Shown here in pieces: positions 10,130 to 21,129 of a stretch of 64,000 nucleotides of DNA (positions are counted from its first letter, which is position 1; the number at the start of each line of letters is the position of its first letter). Both the position numbers and the translations under genes were made by a program. The stretch is from Thainema sp. Its GTDB lineage: Bacteria; Cyanobacteriota; Cyanobacteriia; Phormidesmidales; Phormidesmidaceae. The notes under the pieces were generated by a model. It saw only the letters and a program-made list of their open reading frames with translations, did not search any database and was not told the DNA's origin. Location of the stretch: NCBI GenBank assembly GCA_052168235.1, contig JBQLZK010000001.1:128001-192000 (forward strand), written 5' to 3'.

Positions 10130-12262
10130 ATGACGACGAGGTTATCTGAAACTCAAGCGACGGCACTTGCAACTCCTGCAGCTTCTGCAGAGGCCGCCCC
10201 ATCTTCAATTGCGGTAACAGATCCAATCGAGTCGTCCACTCAGCATCAGTCCGCCTATGCAGTTCCCAGTGTTGATGGCTCATTTGCATCCGACTACCCG
10301 CTTCAGAAACGCTCTACAGGGGAGGCGGTTGCAGAGTTTGAGTCTGGAGAAGAAATCGTCTATGACCCAGATGCGATCGCAGCCATCTATCGCAGTCGTC
10401 CGTTTCAAGTCGTGGGGCGGATCTTTGGCATCTTAGGGCCAATGCTTTTCTTTTACCTGAAACTTTGGTGGGACGGTCGCACGGGTCAGGCTAAGAAGAA
10501 TGAGCTTAAGCGGGCTGTGCAGTTACGGAACTTACTGACTAATTTGGGGCCAGCCTACATCAAGATTGGGCAAGCACTCTCTACTCGCCCCGACTTGGTT
10601 CCGCCACTGTATTTAGACGAGCTAACTCAGCTCCAGGATCAGCTGCCCGCATTTCCGAATGAAATTGCTTTTCACTTCATCGAAGAGGAACTTGGCGCAC
10701 CGCCGAGTTCTCTGTATGCCGAACTGTCACCCAATCCCGTTTCAGCCGCTTCGTTAGGACAGGTCTATCGCGGTCGGTTATTTTCGGGCGAAGAGGTAGC
10801 CGTTAAAGTTCAGCGTCCTGGCCTTGCAGAGCGAATCACCCTGGACTTATTTATTCTGCGGGGACTAGCGAAATGGGCCAGCAACCTTAAGCAGGTGCGC
10901 AGCGACTTAGTCGGCATCATGGATGAGTTCGGTGCCCGCATTTTTGAAGAGATGGATTACACCCATGAGGGACGAAATGCCGAGCGCTTTGCCGATCTCT
11001 ATGGTCACTTGCGCGATGTTTACGTGCCCACGATTTACTGGGAGTATACGGGGCGGCGTGTCCTGACGATGGAGTGGATTACGGGCACGAAGTTGACTCG
11101 ACCCGATTTGTTAGCTGCACAAGGAATTGATGCCCGCTACCTGATTGATGTGGGGGTTCAGTGTTCTTTACGGCAGCTACTGGAGCACGGCTTTTTCCAC
11201 GCCGATCCGCATCCGGGTAATTTGCTGGCAACACCCGACGGCAAGCTAGCCTATCTCGACTTCGGTATGATGAGCGAAGTCAAGCCCTATCAGCGCTATG
11301 GCCTGATTGAGGCGGTTGTCCACATGGTCAACCGGGATTTTGAGTCGCTGGTGAAGGACTATGTGAAACTGGAGTTCCTGACGCCCGACACTAACCTCGC
11401 GCCGATTGTGCCTGCGCTGGCAAACGTATTTGGCAACGCCTTGGGTGCCAGCGTGGCTGAGCTGAACTTCAAGAGCATCACCGATCAGCTCTCGGAGTTG
11501 ATGTACGAGTACCCGTTCCGGGTGCCCGCTTACTATGCGCTAATTATCCGTTCACTGGTAACGCTGGAAGGGATTGCTATTAACGTCGATCCGGAGTTTA
11601 AGGTTCTGAGTCAGGCGTATCCCTACATCGCTAAGCGACTGCTGACTGATCCCTCACCTGAACTGCGCGCCTCCTTACGAGATTTACTGTTCAAAGACGG
11701 TAGCTTCCGTTGGAATCGCTTAGAAAACCTGCTACGCAATGCCAAAGACAGCCAGGACTACGATCTGGATGCGGTGCTGGATCAAACCGTTGACTTCTTG
11801 TTCTCCGAACGGGGCACATTTATCCGCGATCGCATTGCCTCGGAAATCGTCAACAACGTTGATTACCTAGGACAGAATGCGATTCAGCGGTTTACCCGTG
11901 GCATCAGCGAACGCATTGGCTTTGAACCTCGGATTGGCGGTGCGGCTCCAGCCAAACCAACTAATAATGCTGAAGCACAAAAGAATTTAGAGCATATCCA
12001 GCGAATTATCGGCATTCTGCGGGAAACGCAGGGATTTGATCCGATCAAAGTCGCGTCCCTGGTGCCTCAGCTCTTGACGAAGCCAGAAACCCATCAGATG
12101 GGCCAGAAAATTGCGGGTCAATTGGCCCAGAGAGCAGCGGCTCGCCTGATTCGCCAGTTTCTAGTACCGGAACCCGATCCGGCAGCACTGCCACCGGTAA
12201 CTTCATCCGCAAGTTCACCTCGTTTAGCCGCGATCGCACCTACTGCATCGAGAAGGGTTTAG
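10130..12262 (+). CDS. AarF/ABC1/UbiB family atypical kinase
   Basis: LGPAYIKIGQALSTRPD, AASLGQVY, VAVKVQRP, FFHADPHPGN and DFGMM motifs; start set at ATG 10130 after GGAGG. Confidence 0.92.
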   Translation: MTTRLSETQATALATPAASAEAAPSSIAVTDPIESSTQHQSAYAVPSVDGSFASDYPLQKRSTGEAVAEFESGEEIVYDPDAIAAIYRSRPFQVVGRIFGILGPMLFFYLKLWWDGRTGQAKKNELKRAVQLRNLLTNLGPAYIKIGQALSTRPDLVPPLYLDELTQLQDQLPAFPNEIAFHFIEEELGAPPSSLYAELSPNPVSAASLGQVYRGRLFSGEEVAVKVQRPGLAERITLDLFILRGLAKWASNLKQVRSDLVGIMDEFGARIFEEMDYTHEGRNAERFADLYGHLRDVYVPTIYWEYTGRRVLTMEWITGTKLTRPDLLAAQGIDARYLIDVGVQCSLRQLLEHGFFHADPHPGNLLATPDGKLAYLDFGMMSEVKPYQRYGLIEAVVHMVNRDFESLVKDYVKLEFLTPDTNLAPIVPALANVFGNALGASVAELNFKSITDQLSELMYEYPFRVPAYYALIIRSLVTLEGIAINVDPEFKVLSQAYPYIAKRLLTDPSPELRASLRDLLFKDGSFRWNRLENLLRNAKDSQDYDLDAVLDQTVDFLFSERGTFIRDRIASEIVNNVDYLGQNAIQRFTRGISERIGFEPRIGGAAPAKPTNNAEAQKNLEHIQRIIGILRETQGFDPIKVASLVPQLLTKPETHQMGQKIAGQLAQRAAARLIRQFLVPEPDPAALPPVTSSASSPRLAAIAPTASRRV

Positions 12263-12405
12263 ATGCCAGTTCTAGGGAATAGCGCTATAGATGAGGTACT
12301 GGGTTTTGGGCTTTAGGTGCTGAGTGCTGAGGAGTAATTTTCACCCATAACCCAGGGAAGCGGCATAATTCTCTCTCGTTGCAGTGTGATTGCAATTAAC
12401 AAGCC

Positions 12406-12450
12406 CCAGAACCGTTTTAGCTTAACCGCTAAAACGGTTCTGGAGTTTTT
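12406..12450 (+). terminator. Intrinsic terminator-like hairpin
   Basis: 16-bp perfect stem ccagaaccgttttagc/gctaaaacggttctgg followed by a T run. Confidence 0.55.
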
Positions 12451-12643
12451 AAGCTGAGTTGAGGCTGAATTGCGTCTGGGGAATTTAAAGTTCTTACTTA
12501 GGGGACAGGATAATGGGAAGCCAGTTCGTTAGCCTGATTGAAAGCAGTAGTTCTCGGCTGATTTGATTTGACTAATAGAATTGCTCAAATTAGCTATCTC
12601 TGCCACTTTGTTTTTATATCTGCCAATAATTAACCGTATTAAT

Positions 12644-12892
12644 ATGTCCCAGACTCGACCTTTAACTGGAACGGATTTAGTTGATTGCGCTAAAGCCAAT
12701 GCCGCTCAAGGCACCGATGTCGCTGCATCTCGCTGTGGCTATGACGATATTGATTCATTCATGAGCGCACTGCGTCAAGCGGCTGGAGAAATGGGAGTTG
12801 AACTCACGAATCTCAACGATCTGGTTTCAGATGGTGGCACGATTCAGCGCGGCGGAGTTGAGATTTCACCCGATGGGCCAGGACAGCTATAA
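12644..12892 (+). CDS. Small hypothetical protein
   Basis: ATG 12644 MSQTRPLTGTDLVDCAKANA...; followed by a terminator. Confidence 0.65.
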   Translation: MSQTRPLTGTDLVDCAKANAAQGTDVAASRCGYDDIDSFMSALRQAAGEMGVELTNLNDLVSDGGTIQRGGVEISPDGPGQL

Positions 12893-12941
12893 GCATCGCT
12901 GTAAGTACTGCTGTTTTGATCAAAATTTTAAAACTCGGGTA

Positions 12942-12974
12942 AGGGGTTTGTCAGCAGACAAACCCCTGTTTTTT
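12942..12974 (+). terminator. Rho-independent terminator
   Basis: aggggtttgtc-agca-gacaaacccct followed by gtttttt. Confidence 0.7.
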
Positions 12975-12979
12975 GCGAA

Positions 12980-13088
12980 CTAGTGCTTTGTCAAGTGTGT
13001 TTTGAGGGGTAGAAGAATTTTGAAAATATTGCGGAGCAATATTTTCAAAATTCTTCTACCCCTCATCTTTACTTTGACAGACTACTAG
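12980..13088. mobile_element. MITE-like element with CTAG ends and an internal 30-bp-arm palindrome
   Basis: Imperfect TIR ctagtgctttgtcaag / ctttgacagactactag; perfect palindrome 13003-13065 with GGA loop. Confidence 0.6.
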
Positions 13089-13138
13089 GACAGGGCGGAG
13101 AAAAGTCAGGCGACTTTATTTCCTTCAGCATCAGCACC

Positions 13139-13231
13139 TATAGTGATTCCAGTTAAGAGTGAGAGAATGAGAGATAAGAGTGCCTCAGGATGAGGCACTC
13201 TTATCTCTCATTCTTATCTAGAACCGCTATA
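13139..13231. mobile_element. MITE-like element with TATAG...CTATA ends and an internal 24-bp-arm palindrome
   Basis: TIR tatagtgattccagttaaga versus tatagcggttctagataaga (reverse complement); perfect palindrome 13164-13214 with GGA loop. Confidence 0.55.
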
Positions 13232-13249
13232 AAACCCAAAACCCAACTC

Positions 13250-14041
13250 TCAACCCTCAGCACTTCTCAAATACTGTGCCAGTTCACAAAAGCCTTCGGC
13301 TTCGGCAGCAAGAGTGACATAACGAGGCTGGTACTGCATGCGATCGCAGTAATCTCGAATATTCGCGACCCCAACCGAATGAGGAAATAGATTTGGATTA
13401 AATAGACTTTCGTCGTTGGGGCTATCACCGACGGTGAGCAGTTGAGTAGGTTCCACCTGGGGAAAGTGCTGTTGCAGGACGGACTGTAGACCCGCCGATT
13501 TTTCTTGTTCAGCCAGCTTAATGTGGCACTGTACGGTGCTATAGGTGAAGCCCCAGCCCTGCTGCGCCAGATGTGCTCGCATCCAGTCCAGTTCTGCGGG
13601 GCTGAAGCCTGCGACATCAAACGTCCAGTCGGTTAGTCGATAGGCATTGTCCGCTGCTTCACGCAGGTGGGGAAACTTGACCTGTAGGGATTGAAACGCC
13701 GCTTGGAGCGCCTGCCGATGCTGAATTAAGTCAGTAATCGGTACCAATAACTCAGGTGCTGTCGTATCGCGATCGCATTTGGGGATAAATAATGCGCCGC
13801 CATTTTCTGCGATCGCACCTGCAACTGGGAGGTAATGTGCGATCGCGCTCACCCAGCCAGCGGAGCGTCCGGTCACAATCAGCACGGTGATATCAGCCTC
13901 AGCCAGATCGGTCAAAGCCTGTAGTAGTGCAGGCGTAAAGCGACCGTGGCGCGTCAGCGTGCCATCCATGTCGGTGGCGATGAAACAAATCTTTTCAAAA
14001 GTTTTGGCTGTAAGGGACTGCATTTTCGCCATAAAGCACAT
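13250..14041 (-). CDS. HAD-superfamily hydrolase (IIB/Cof-like)
   Basis: DMDGTLT motif I, VTGRS, ENG, and GDSPND motif IV. Confidence 0.88.
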   Translation of the reverse strand: MCFMAKMQSLTAKTFEKICFIATDMDGTLTRHGRFTPALLQALTDLAEADITVLIVTGRSAGWVSAIAHYLPVAGAIAENGGALFIPKCDRDTTAPELLVPITDLIQHRQALQAAFQSLQVKFPHLREAADNAYRLTDWTFDVAGFSPAELDWMRAHLAQQGWGFTYSTVQCHIKLAEQEKSAGLQSVLQQHFPQVEPTQLLTVGDSPNDESLFNPNLFPHSVGVANIRDYCDRMQYQPRYVTLAAEAEGFCELAQYLRSAEG

Positions 14042-14086
14042 ACATTGTGATGGATTTCACTCTATCCTTCGCAACTGTATCGGATC

Positions 14087-15790
14087 ATGGCACCTCTGGT
14101 TTCCCCACAGCGAGACGCACTGTATGCCCAAGCGGCAGCCCGAACGGGCATTCATGCGCCCTTACTGGCAGCGCTCTATGCTGTACAGCGACAGCCCTAT
14201 TTGCCCGATGGGGACAGCGGTTTGGGAATGACGCCCGCCAATCAACTGCCGGGAGATGCCGTCAATACGGTTGTGAACCAGGTTCACTATGCCGCCAATA
14301 CGCTGCGCAGTCTAGTCAGCTACCTGACCGCGAAGGGGTGGCAACCCGATGATTTTTGGCAGTCGGGGCAGGATCGCTACAGCGATCGCTTTATTCGTGC
14401 TGTGGCGGATGGGTATGTGCCACCGGAAACGGTGCCGCTGGCCGCGCGGTTAGAACCGTCTGATCCACAGGCTTTGCTGGCAGCTTATCGAGACGCTATT
14501 CCAGCGGTAGACAGTCCTGAATCCCAAACGATTGATGCCGCTCAGGACGTTGCCGACTCCGGTTTAGATAGGGCATTGCTCAGCTTTGTCCGCACCGTGC
14601 CGCGTACTTACAGTGGCTTGGGCTATCAGCGGCAGGCGCTGATGGAGCTGCTGCGGCTCTGGCGCAAGCTGGACACGCCACAGGAGGTGATTCAGTCCTT
14701 GGATCTGGAGTTGCCCAAAGGACAAACCCTGGACAGCTTTGACCCGACGCTGCTGGATCAGCCGCTGCTGATTTTTGCGCAGCAGGTGCCCCAGTTCTAT
14801 GCGGGCTATCCCCACCAGCGGGAAGCCGTGATTCGGCTGGCTCAGCTTTGGGGTCGCTATCCAACCCGCGAAGCTGCGATCGCAAATCTCCAATCTGTCT
14901 CCACGATTCAGCCAGATTTGGCCTTGCTTGATCCGGTGCTGATGGCCTTTGTCCAGTCGATGAGCAACCGCTATCGCGGGCTGGGGCAACAGCGGCTGGC
15001 GCTGACGGATTTTTTTCAAACCTGGAACCAGTTGCGATCGCGGGAAACGGCTATTATCGAGCTAGGGGTTGATCCCAGCCACCTCAATCCCAATGTGGCA
15101 ACGGATGAGATCGTGGCCAATACGGCGCTCCAGATGGATCGATCCCTGCTAGCCTTCATGCAGCGCCTGCCGCAGCAGTACCAGGCAACAGAACAGCAGC
15201 GAGAGCATCTGCTTCAGCTTGTGCAGCACTGGCACCCGTTCGACGATCGTGACATGGCCGTGCAGCACCTATTCAGTCAACTGCGACAGATGGAGACAGC
15301 CAATCGCACTGCCCCGGAAGCCTCGCCAGTCCCCACGCCCTATCCCGCCACCTTCCGCCCTGACCGCTGGACAGTGGAAAATCTCCAGCTCATGCAGTCC
15401 ATTGTGCCCAACGGCAGCTTCACCTGGGCCGATGCCACTCAAGGGGGGCGCTATTTACCTGTGAATCAAGCCGCAATCAACAGCATTGTGCAGTGCGCCA
15501 CGCAGCTTCAGGCCGCTTGCGATCGCATCGGTCGTCCGTTTCGCATTACTCGCTGGTACGCACCAGATATATCGTCACAGAAGCTTGCAACCGATGCCCA
15601 TCGGTTTGCCCTGGGAGAAGCCGTTGAATGTTACATACCGGGACTAACTGCTGATCAGGTCTACTGGGCGCTTACCCCCTGGTGGTCGGGTGGATTAGGG
15701 CGCTATCAAATCTATCCTTATCTGATTTATTTGGATATCAGCTCGTACCCCGTGCGCTGGAACGTGAAGGAAGTGCGTCATGTCCGGTAG
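14087..15790 (+). CDS. Peptidase M15A-domain protein (metal ligands appear substituted)
   Basis: Internal helical repeats (LD.ALL.F...P..Y.G...QR.AL) and a C-terminal M15_3-like domain (FTWADAT, RIGRPFRITRWY, GGLGRY). Confidence 0.7.
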   Translation: MAPLVSPQRDALYAQAAARTGIHAPLLAALYAVQRQPYLPDGDSGLGMTPANQLPGDAVNTVVNQVHYAANTLRSLVSYLTAKGWQPDDFWQSGQDRYSDRFIRAVADGYVPPETVPLAARLEPSDPQALLAAYRDAIPAVDSPESQTIDAAQDVADSGLDRALLSFVRTVPRTYSGLGYQRQALMELLRLWRKLDTPQEVIQSLDLELPKGQTLDSFDPTLLDQPLLIFAQQVPQFYAGYPHQREAVIRLAQLWGRYPTREAAIANLQSVSTIQPDLALLDPVLMAFVQSMSNRYRGLGQQRLALTDFFQTWNQLRSRETAIIELGVDPSHLNPNVATDEIVANTALQMDRSLLAFMQRLPQQYQATEQQREHLLQLVQHWHPFDDRDMAVQHLFSQLRQMETANRTAPEASPVPTPYPATFRPDRWTVENLQLMQSIVPNGSFTWADATQGGRYLPVNQAAINSIVQCATQLQAACDRIGRPFRITRWYAPDISSQKLATDAHRFALGEAVECYIPGLTADQVYWALTPWWSGGLGRYQIYPYLIYLDISSYPVRWNVKEVRHVR

Positions 15791-15918
15791 CAATATCTAC
15801 AAAATGGTCGATGCGCAATTGTTACTGTTCGGAGTCTTGCCGGATTTAGGCAAAATCCTTACTCTATAGAAGACCGTAGCCCAGATCGCCCCAATTATTC
15901 ATCACCTGAAGTCTGCGG

Positions 15919-18900
15919 ATGACCAGTCCTGATCCCAATCGGCCCCAGCCGGAGTCAGAATCGCCTCCGTCTTCTCGGCGACGCCGACGCATTCTTAATG
16001 CGATCGCAATTACGGGCATCTCATTTGGCACACTGGGCATCCTGGGCTATTTGGCGCTGAGCACCTGGATCTATCGTGAACTGCCGTCGTTCCTGGAAAA
16101 TCGGCTAGAAGAAACGCTAGATCGAGAGGTGAAAATTGGTGGGGTTGAGAACTTTACCCTGACTCGGATTCGCTTTGGCCCTTCCTCCATTCCGGCTACG
16201 CCTACCGATCCAGACCGGATTGCCACGGAAGCGATTGACTTAAGCATTAATCCATTTCCCCTGATTAGAAAGAATCTGCATCTCGACATTGAGCTGCTGG
16301 AACCCGTTCTCTACATCGAGCAAGCAGAAGATGGCAGTTGGCTCGATCTGGAATTTGATTCTCAAGGCGGCGAGTTTCCGCTCGATATTGACGCCACGAT
16401 TGAGCTGAAGGAGGCAGAGGCCGCCTTTTTACCGCTCAATACCAACAAAGCGATCGGGGTTGCTGCCAACGGTACATTACAGGTCGTTGGGGACTCAGAG
16501 CAGCAAACCTTCAGGTATGACTTCATTGCCGAACTGGCGGATGGCGTGGCCGAAATTCAGGGTGAAACTTTAAACGACGAAGCGGCTACGAAGGCGACTG
16601 CTTTACTCCGCGATATTCAGTTAGCCCAGCTCACGCCGCTATTAGACTCACTCGGACTGCGCTTACCCGTTGAGGTGGTGGATGGTGAACTGAGCGCGAA
16701 TTTGCGGGTTGATCTGCCGTCCATTCGAGAACTGTCGTCGCTGTCTCTCTATGGCACGGTGGCGCTGGATCAGCTGGCGGCCCAGGTGGAACCGCTGGAG
16801 CCGCCCATTACTCTGGAGGGCATGGCTCGCTTTGTCGATCAAACGGTTGTTCTGGAATCACTGGAAGCGGCGGTTGACGATACCGTGGCGGAGCTAGAGG
16901 GCACGATTAATTTCGATAGGGGCTACAACCTCGACATTGACGTACCCTCGGTCGAATTTGAAGACGTACTGGCTCTAGCTGAGATTGAAGAGTTGCCGAT
17001 TGAGCTGCAAGGAGCTATCCAAGCTGAGTTCGAGCTGACGGGAGAGATCGACGATCCGCAGTTGGCTGGGGTAATTCGCAATCTCCGCACGACTCAGATT
17101 GACGAAGTGGCGCTTGATGATCTGCAAGTTGAGTTCGAAGCCAGCTTGGAGCGGTTTGTATTAGAAGAACTGGCAGTTTCACCAGTCGTAGGAGGAGATA
17201 TCCGGGCAGAGGGCTTTATTCAGTTTGAGAGTTTTGAGGAGTTTCTGAGTAATCCCATCGCGCTGGATTTAGAGGTTGAGAATTTACCGACTGATACGCT
17301 GGCAGCCCTGTATGGTGTAACCACACCGAATATCCGCTTTGGCACATTGAACGCCAACGGTCGAATCGGCGGCACCCTGGAGGATCTCACAGGCGGCGTC
17401 ACCTGGCGATTACCCAATGCTTATGCGGAGGCGACAGGCGCGATCGCAGCTTTGGGTGAACTCCAGTTAGATGGCTCAAATTTACTGATCCGAGACACGC
17501 GCTTCAATCTGGTTGATCAGGCGGGGGCGGTGCTGGTGACCGGACAGGCCAATCTCGACACCAGCGCCTGGCAGTCGCAAATTCAGGCGCTGAATGTGGA
17601 CTTGTCGCAGATTCCAGCTCTGCGCGATGCGCTGCAATCCTCGGCAACGCTGGCTTCAACGGCTCGATCTGATCGGCTCAATGCTCAGCTTGCTCTATCG
17701 GGTAACTTTGCCAGCTTATTCAACGACACGCCAACCACCACGATTACCGCAGATGCGATCGCAGCTCAACTGGGCGACCAGGCAGTTACCGCTGCCGGAC
17801 AGTTTGACATTACGCAAGTGCCCGGTGGATCGCTGATTGTCTCAACGCTGCTGGATGTGACAGCTCAATCAAACCTGGCCTCACTGCCCCAAGCGCTGAT
17901 TAACCAGCAGGTGCGCGATCGCAACATTGACCTGCGCGGTCTAGCTAACTTCCAGGGCCAGCTCCAGGCTGATAATCTGCTTAGCGGCCTGACGGCACCC
18001 GGTAACTTGAACCTGACGGGCAATCTGAACCTAGCCGATTTTGCGCTGAATCAAATCGCCTTTGAGTCGCTGTTATCTGGCCCCGTCAGCATCACACCAG
18101 GACAGGAAATTGTGCTGGATTTGCGGGGACAAACGCGGGCTGCGGGTCGCGATCGCATTGCCGCTCGGCTCACGCCCTGCGTTGAAGCACGCTGTCAGCT
18201 CCCCTATCTGCCGGAATTTATTGCCCTGCGCCAGGGCGGACTATCGCCAGATGCGGTTATTGTTTCCGGTGAGCGCCGGGGCGATATTTTAGATGTCTCG
18301 CTTGAAAACTTCTCGCTGGCGCTCTTCGATCTGGCACCGGGGCAACAGGTGGGGCTGCAAGGCCCAGTACAGGGGCAGGTGACAGGTGATATTGCCTTTA
18401 ATCTCTTCACCTTTGACACCAGTGGCAGCATTACCGTTGAGCAACCCGGCTTGGACTACATCTTGGCCAATCAGTTTACGGCGGATTTCACCTATCGAGA
18501 TGGCATTGTTGAACTGACTTCTGGTTCACTCTCCCTGCTCGATCGCGCTCAGTCCACAGAGTACGCGTTGCAGGGTCGGCTGAATCTCGCGACCGGGGCG
18601 CTGAACGCTCAAATCGACGTGGTGCGCGGCTATGTGCAAGACCTGTTCTTCCTCACCAAAGTGTTTACGGTTGGAGATGTGCAGCGCGGACTGGCGGCCC
18701 CAACGTACCTGACGGCCAATCAGATTTACACCAATCCCCAAGGTACGCCCTACGCCTCGCTGGAATATCAGATTAAGCTGCTGATTGCCGTAACGCGAGA
18801 TTTACAGCAACTTGCGATCGCACGTCAGCAGGCGACCGCACCGGAATATTTGGATATCCAAGGCGAGTACACAGGCGAGGTTAACATCAGCGGTACGCTT

Positions 18901-21129
18901 AGCAGTCCCACAGTCGCGTTTGACATTGCTATGCCGCCGGACGAGAACTGGGTCTGGTATCCCGACGCCCCCTACCTGGTCTACGATGAGCCGCTTGATC
19001 TGACGGCTGAACCAGAAGTCGTGGTTGAGCGACCAGAGGCGGATCTCGACACGCAGCAAGAGATCGAAGCCGCCGTTGTAGAAGCTGCGATCGAGCCAGA
19101 GGATGATTACAATCGGGCGGAACTGGTCAGGGGGCGCGAGCTGATCATTTCTGACTTCAGTGTCTCAGGTGTCTACCAAAACGGCGCGATTTCTGTGGCA
19201 CCGGGGACACAGATTGAACTGGAAAATCAGACGCTTCTTACCGTGGCTGGCCCGCTGGCCCCCAGCACCGCTGCCGAGTTTGAGCTATCAGATTTAACGG
19301 TGGACGTAATCCGCGAATTTGTCAGTGTCCCGTTTGATATCGAGGGCGAAATCAATGCCAGCGGCCTGATCCAAGGTGGCTTGGGCAATCCGACCGTCAC
19401 GGGCAATGTTGCCTTTACCGATGCCGAGCTGAATCAGGAACCCGTGACCCCGATCCTGGGCGACTTTCGTTATGCCAATGCGCGGCTCAACTTTGTTACT
19501 ACACCGGATTCACTGGTTACGGCCAACGCAAGCATTCCGCTGCCGCCTTCACCCGGCAATGACGATTTTGAGGCAGACGTTTATCTCGATACGGAAGCGA
19601 TTCAGGTTTTGTTGGCCTTCACCGATGATCAGGTTGAATGGGTTGACGGTGAAGCGACAGTGGATTTGGATGCTCGGGGACGGCTCGACTTTTCACCCGC
19701 TGGACTGCAAGCACTGCGAGCGACTGGGGAAGCCAATTTTGACAATGCCACGGTCGATATTGCCCGCATTCAGCAGTATGTAGTTGACGAGCAGCTTATC
19801 CTCAACGGTGAACTTCTGCTCGATCAGGGGCGCATTCGCGCTAACGACGTGGTGGCCCAGTTTGCCGAGGGCGACGTGCTGATTGGCGGTGTACTGCCAA
19901 TTATTGCCCCCATCGGTTCAGCTGATCCCGATGCCGCCACGCCGCTGACGGTGCTGATTGAGGAGCAGGAATTTGATATCGACAGCTTCTACGATGGCGA
20001 GGTGGACGGCAGCGTTGTGCTGACGGGTTCCGCTGCGGCTCCCATTGTCAGCGGCAGTGTCACTCTCTACGATGGCGAGGTTTCAATTCCTGAACGGGAA
20101 TCCGTCGATCCAGATGACAGCGATCTGGATGATGAGCCTGATACGACCTTTGCTGCGATCGCATCTCTTACCGAAGCACCAGAACCTCAATCGAACTTCG
20201 GCTGGACGCCCATCTTTGACGATTTTCAGCTTGTACTCGGTCGAGGCTTCGGCGTAGATAACTTCCCGCTGTACTCGGTTCGCGTCCGAGGGCCGCTAGC
20301 CATCAACGGCACCTTAAACAACCTCCAGGCCAATGGGGTAATTGACGTGACTCGGGCTCGCATCAATCTATTTAGCAGCCAGTTTTATCTCACTCGCCGC
20401 CCAGAAGGTCAAACTATCACCTTCTCGCCGGAATTAGAACTGACCAATCCCTATGTGAACGTGCAGCTTTCTGCTACGGCGTTCGAAAACTTTGCCCTGC
20501 GGCGCGAGGAAGTTTCAGAATCCGAAATTCGCGATGACATTATTCCTAATATTCGTCCCGAAGAAATCGAGGTGTTTCTGACGGTAGATGGCCCAGCCCA
20601 AAGTCTGCTGCCTGATGATCCGCTGACTTCTGCCGCTGAATATTGCCAAGTGCGATCGCCCGCTACGTTTTTGGGTGAAAGTTTAGTTACGCCCGAACAT
20701 CTCCAGTCGCTGGAAGACTGCTTGTTGCTCACGGCTCTATCGGGCGACCTGCAAGACCAGCAGGTAATTCAGTCCCCCGTTGTTGAATTGAGCAGCGTTC
20801 CGGAGCGGAGCAATAGCCAAATCGTGTCGCTGCTGGGTAATCAGTTTTTGGCCTTTGCCGAAGAAGCAGAAGAGGTCATTTCCGGTGGCAGTGAAGAAGA
20901 TATCGTCCTATTTGGTGTGTCTGAATTTGTGGTTAAGCCGCTGATTCAGAACTGGCTGCGGGATGTCGATGACTTTACCGATTCCTTAGGCGAAGAAGTG
21001 GGCCTCTCGCAGTTTCGTGTTTTGCCAACGGTGCGAGCGACTCGTCAACTTGATGAGGATTCTGCGCTTGATTTTCAGTATGACTATCAATATGGGCAGT
21101 TTCGAGTGCAGTATCGGTTGAGGTTTTAG
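15919..21129 (+). CDS. Translocation/assembly module TamB (DUF490/AsmA-like) protein
   Basis: 1736 aa, single N-terminal TM helix, long beta-rich repetitive body, C-terminal YRLRF. Confidence 0.8.
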   Translation: MTSPDPNRPQPESESPPSSRRRRRILNAIAITGISFGTLGILGYLALSTWIYRELPSFLENRLEETLDREVKIGGVENFTLTRIRFGPSSIPATPTDPDRIATEAIDLSINPFPLIRKNLHLDIELLEPVLYIEQAEDGSWLDLEFDSQGGEFPLDIDATIELKEAEAAFLPLNTNKAIGVAANGTLQVVGDSEQQTFRYDFIAELADGVAEIQGETLNDEAATKATALLRDIQLAQLTPLLDSLGLRLPVEVVDGELSANLRVDLPSIRELSSLSLYGTVALDQLAAQVEPLEPPITLEGMARFVDQTVVLESLEAAVDDTVAELEGTINFDRGYNLDIDVPSVEFEDVLALAEIEELPIELQGAIQAEFELTGEIDDPQLAGVIRNLRTTQIDEVALDDLQVEFEASLERFVLEELAVSPVVGGDIRAEGFIQFESFEEFLSNPIALDLEVENLPTDTLAALYGVTTPNIRFGTLNANGRIGGTLEDLTGGVTWRLPNAYAEATGAIAALGELQLDGSNLLIRDTRFNLVDQAGAVLVTGQANLDTSAWQSQIQALNVDLSQIPALRDALQSSATLASTARSDRLNAQLALSGNFASLFNDTPTTTITADAIAAQLGDQAVTAAGQFDITQVPGGSLIVSTLLDVTAQSNLASLPQALINQQVRDRNIDLRGLANFQGQLQADNLLSGLTAPGNLNLTGNLNLADFALNQIAFESLLSGPVSITPGQEIVLDLRGQTRAAGRDRIAARLTPCVEARCQLPYLPEFIALRQGGLSPDAVIVSGERRGDILDVSLENFSLALFDLAPGQQVGLQGPVQGQVTGDIAFNLFTFDTSGSITVEQPGLDYILANQFTADFTYRDGIVELTSGSLSLLDRAQSTEYALQGRLNLATGALNAQIDVVRGYVQDLFFLTKVFTVGDVQRGLAAPTYLTANQIYTNPQGTPYASLEYQIKLLIAVTRDLQQLAIARQQATAPEYLDIQGEYTGEVNISGTLSSPTVAFDIAMPPDENWVWYPDAPYLVYDEPLDLTAEPEVVVERPEADLDTQQEIEAAVVEAAIEPEDDYNRAELVRGRELIISDFSVSGVYQNGAISVAPGTQIELENQTLLTVAGPLAPSTAAEFELSDLTVDVIREFVSVPFDIEGEINASGLIQGGLGNPTVTGNVAFTDAELNQEPVTPILGDFRYANARLNFVTTPDSLVTANASIPLPPSPGNDDFEADVYLDTEAIQVLLAFTDDQVEWVDGEATVDLDARGRLDFSPAGLQALRATGEANFDNATVDIARIQQYVVDEQLILNGELLLDQGRIRANDVVAQFAEGDVLIGGVLPIIAPIGSADPDAATPLTVLIEEQEFDIDSFYDGEVDGSVVLTGSAAAPIVSGSVTLYDGEVSIPERESVDPDDSDLDDEPDTTFAAIASLTEAPEPQSNFGWTPIFDDFQLVLGRGFGVDNFPLYSVRVRGPLAINGTLNNLQANGVIDVTRARINLFSSQFYLTRRPEGQTITFSPELELTNPYVNVQLSATAFENFALRREEVSESEIRDDIIPNIRPEEIEVFLTVDGPAQSLLPDDPLTSAAEYCQVRSPATFLGESLVTPEHLQSLEDCLLLTALSGDLQDQQVIQSPVVELSSVPERSNSQIVSLLGNQFLAFAEEAEEVISGGSEEDIVLFGVSEFVVKPLIQNWLRDVDDFTDSLGEEVGLSQFRVLPTVRATRQLDEDSALDFQYDYQYGQFRVQYRLRF

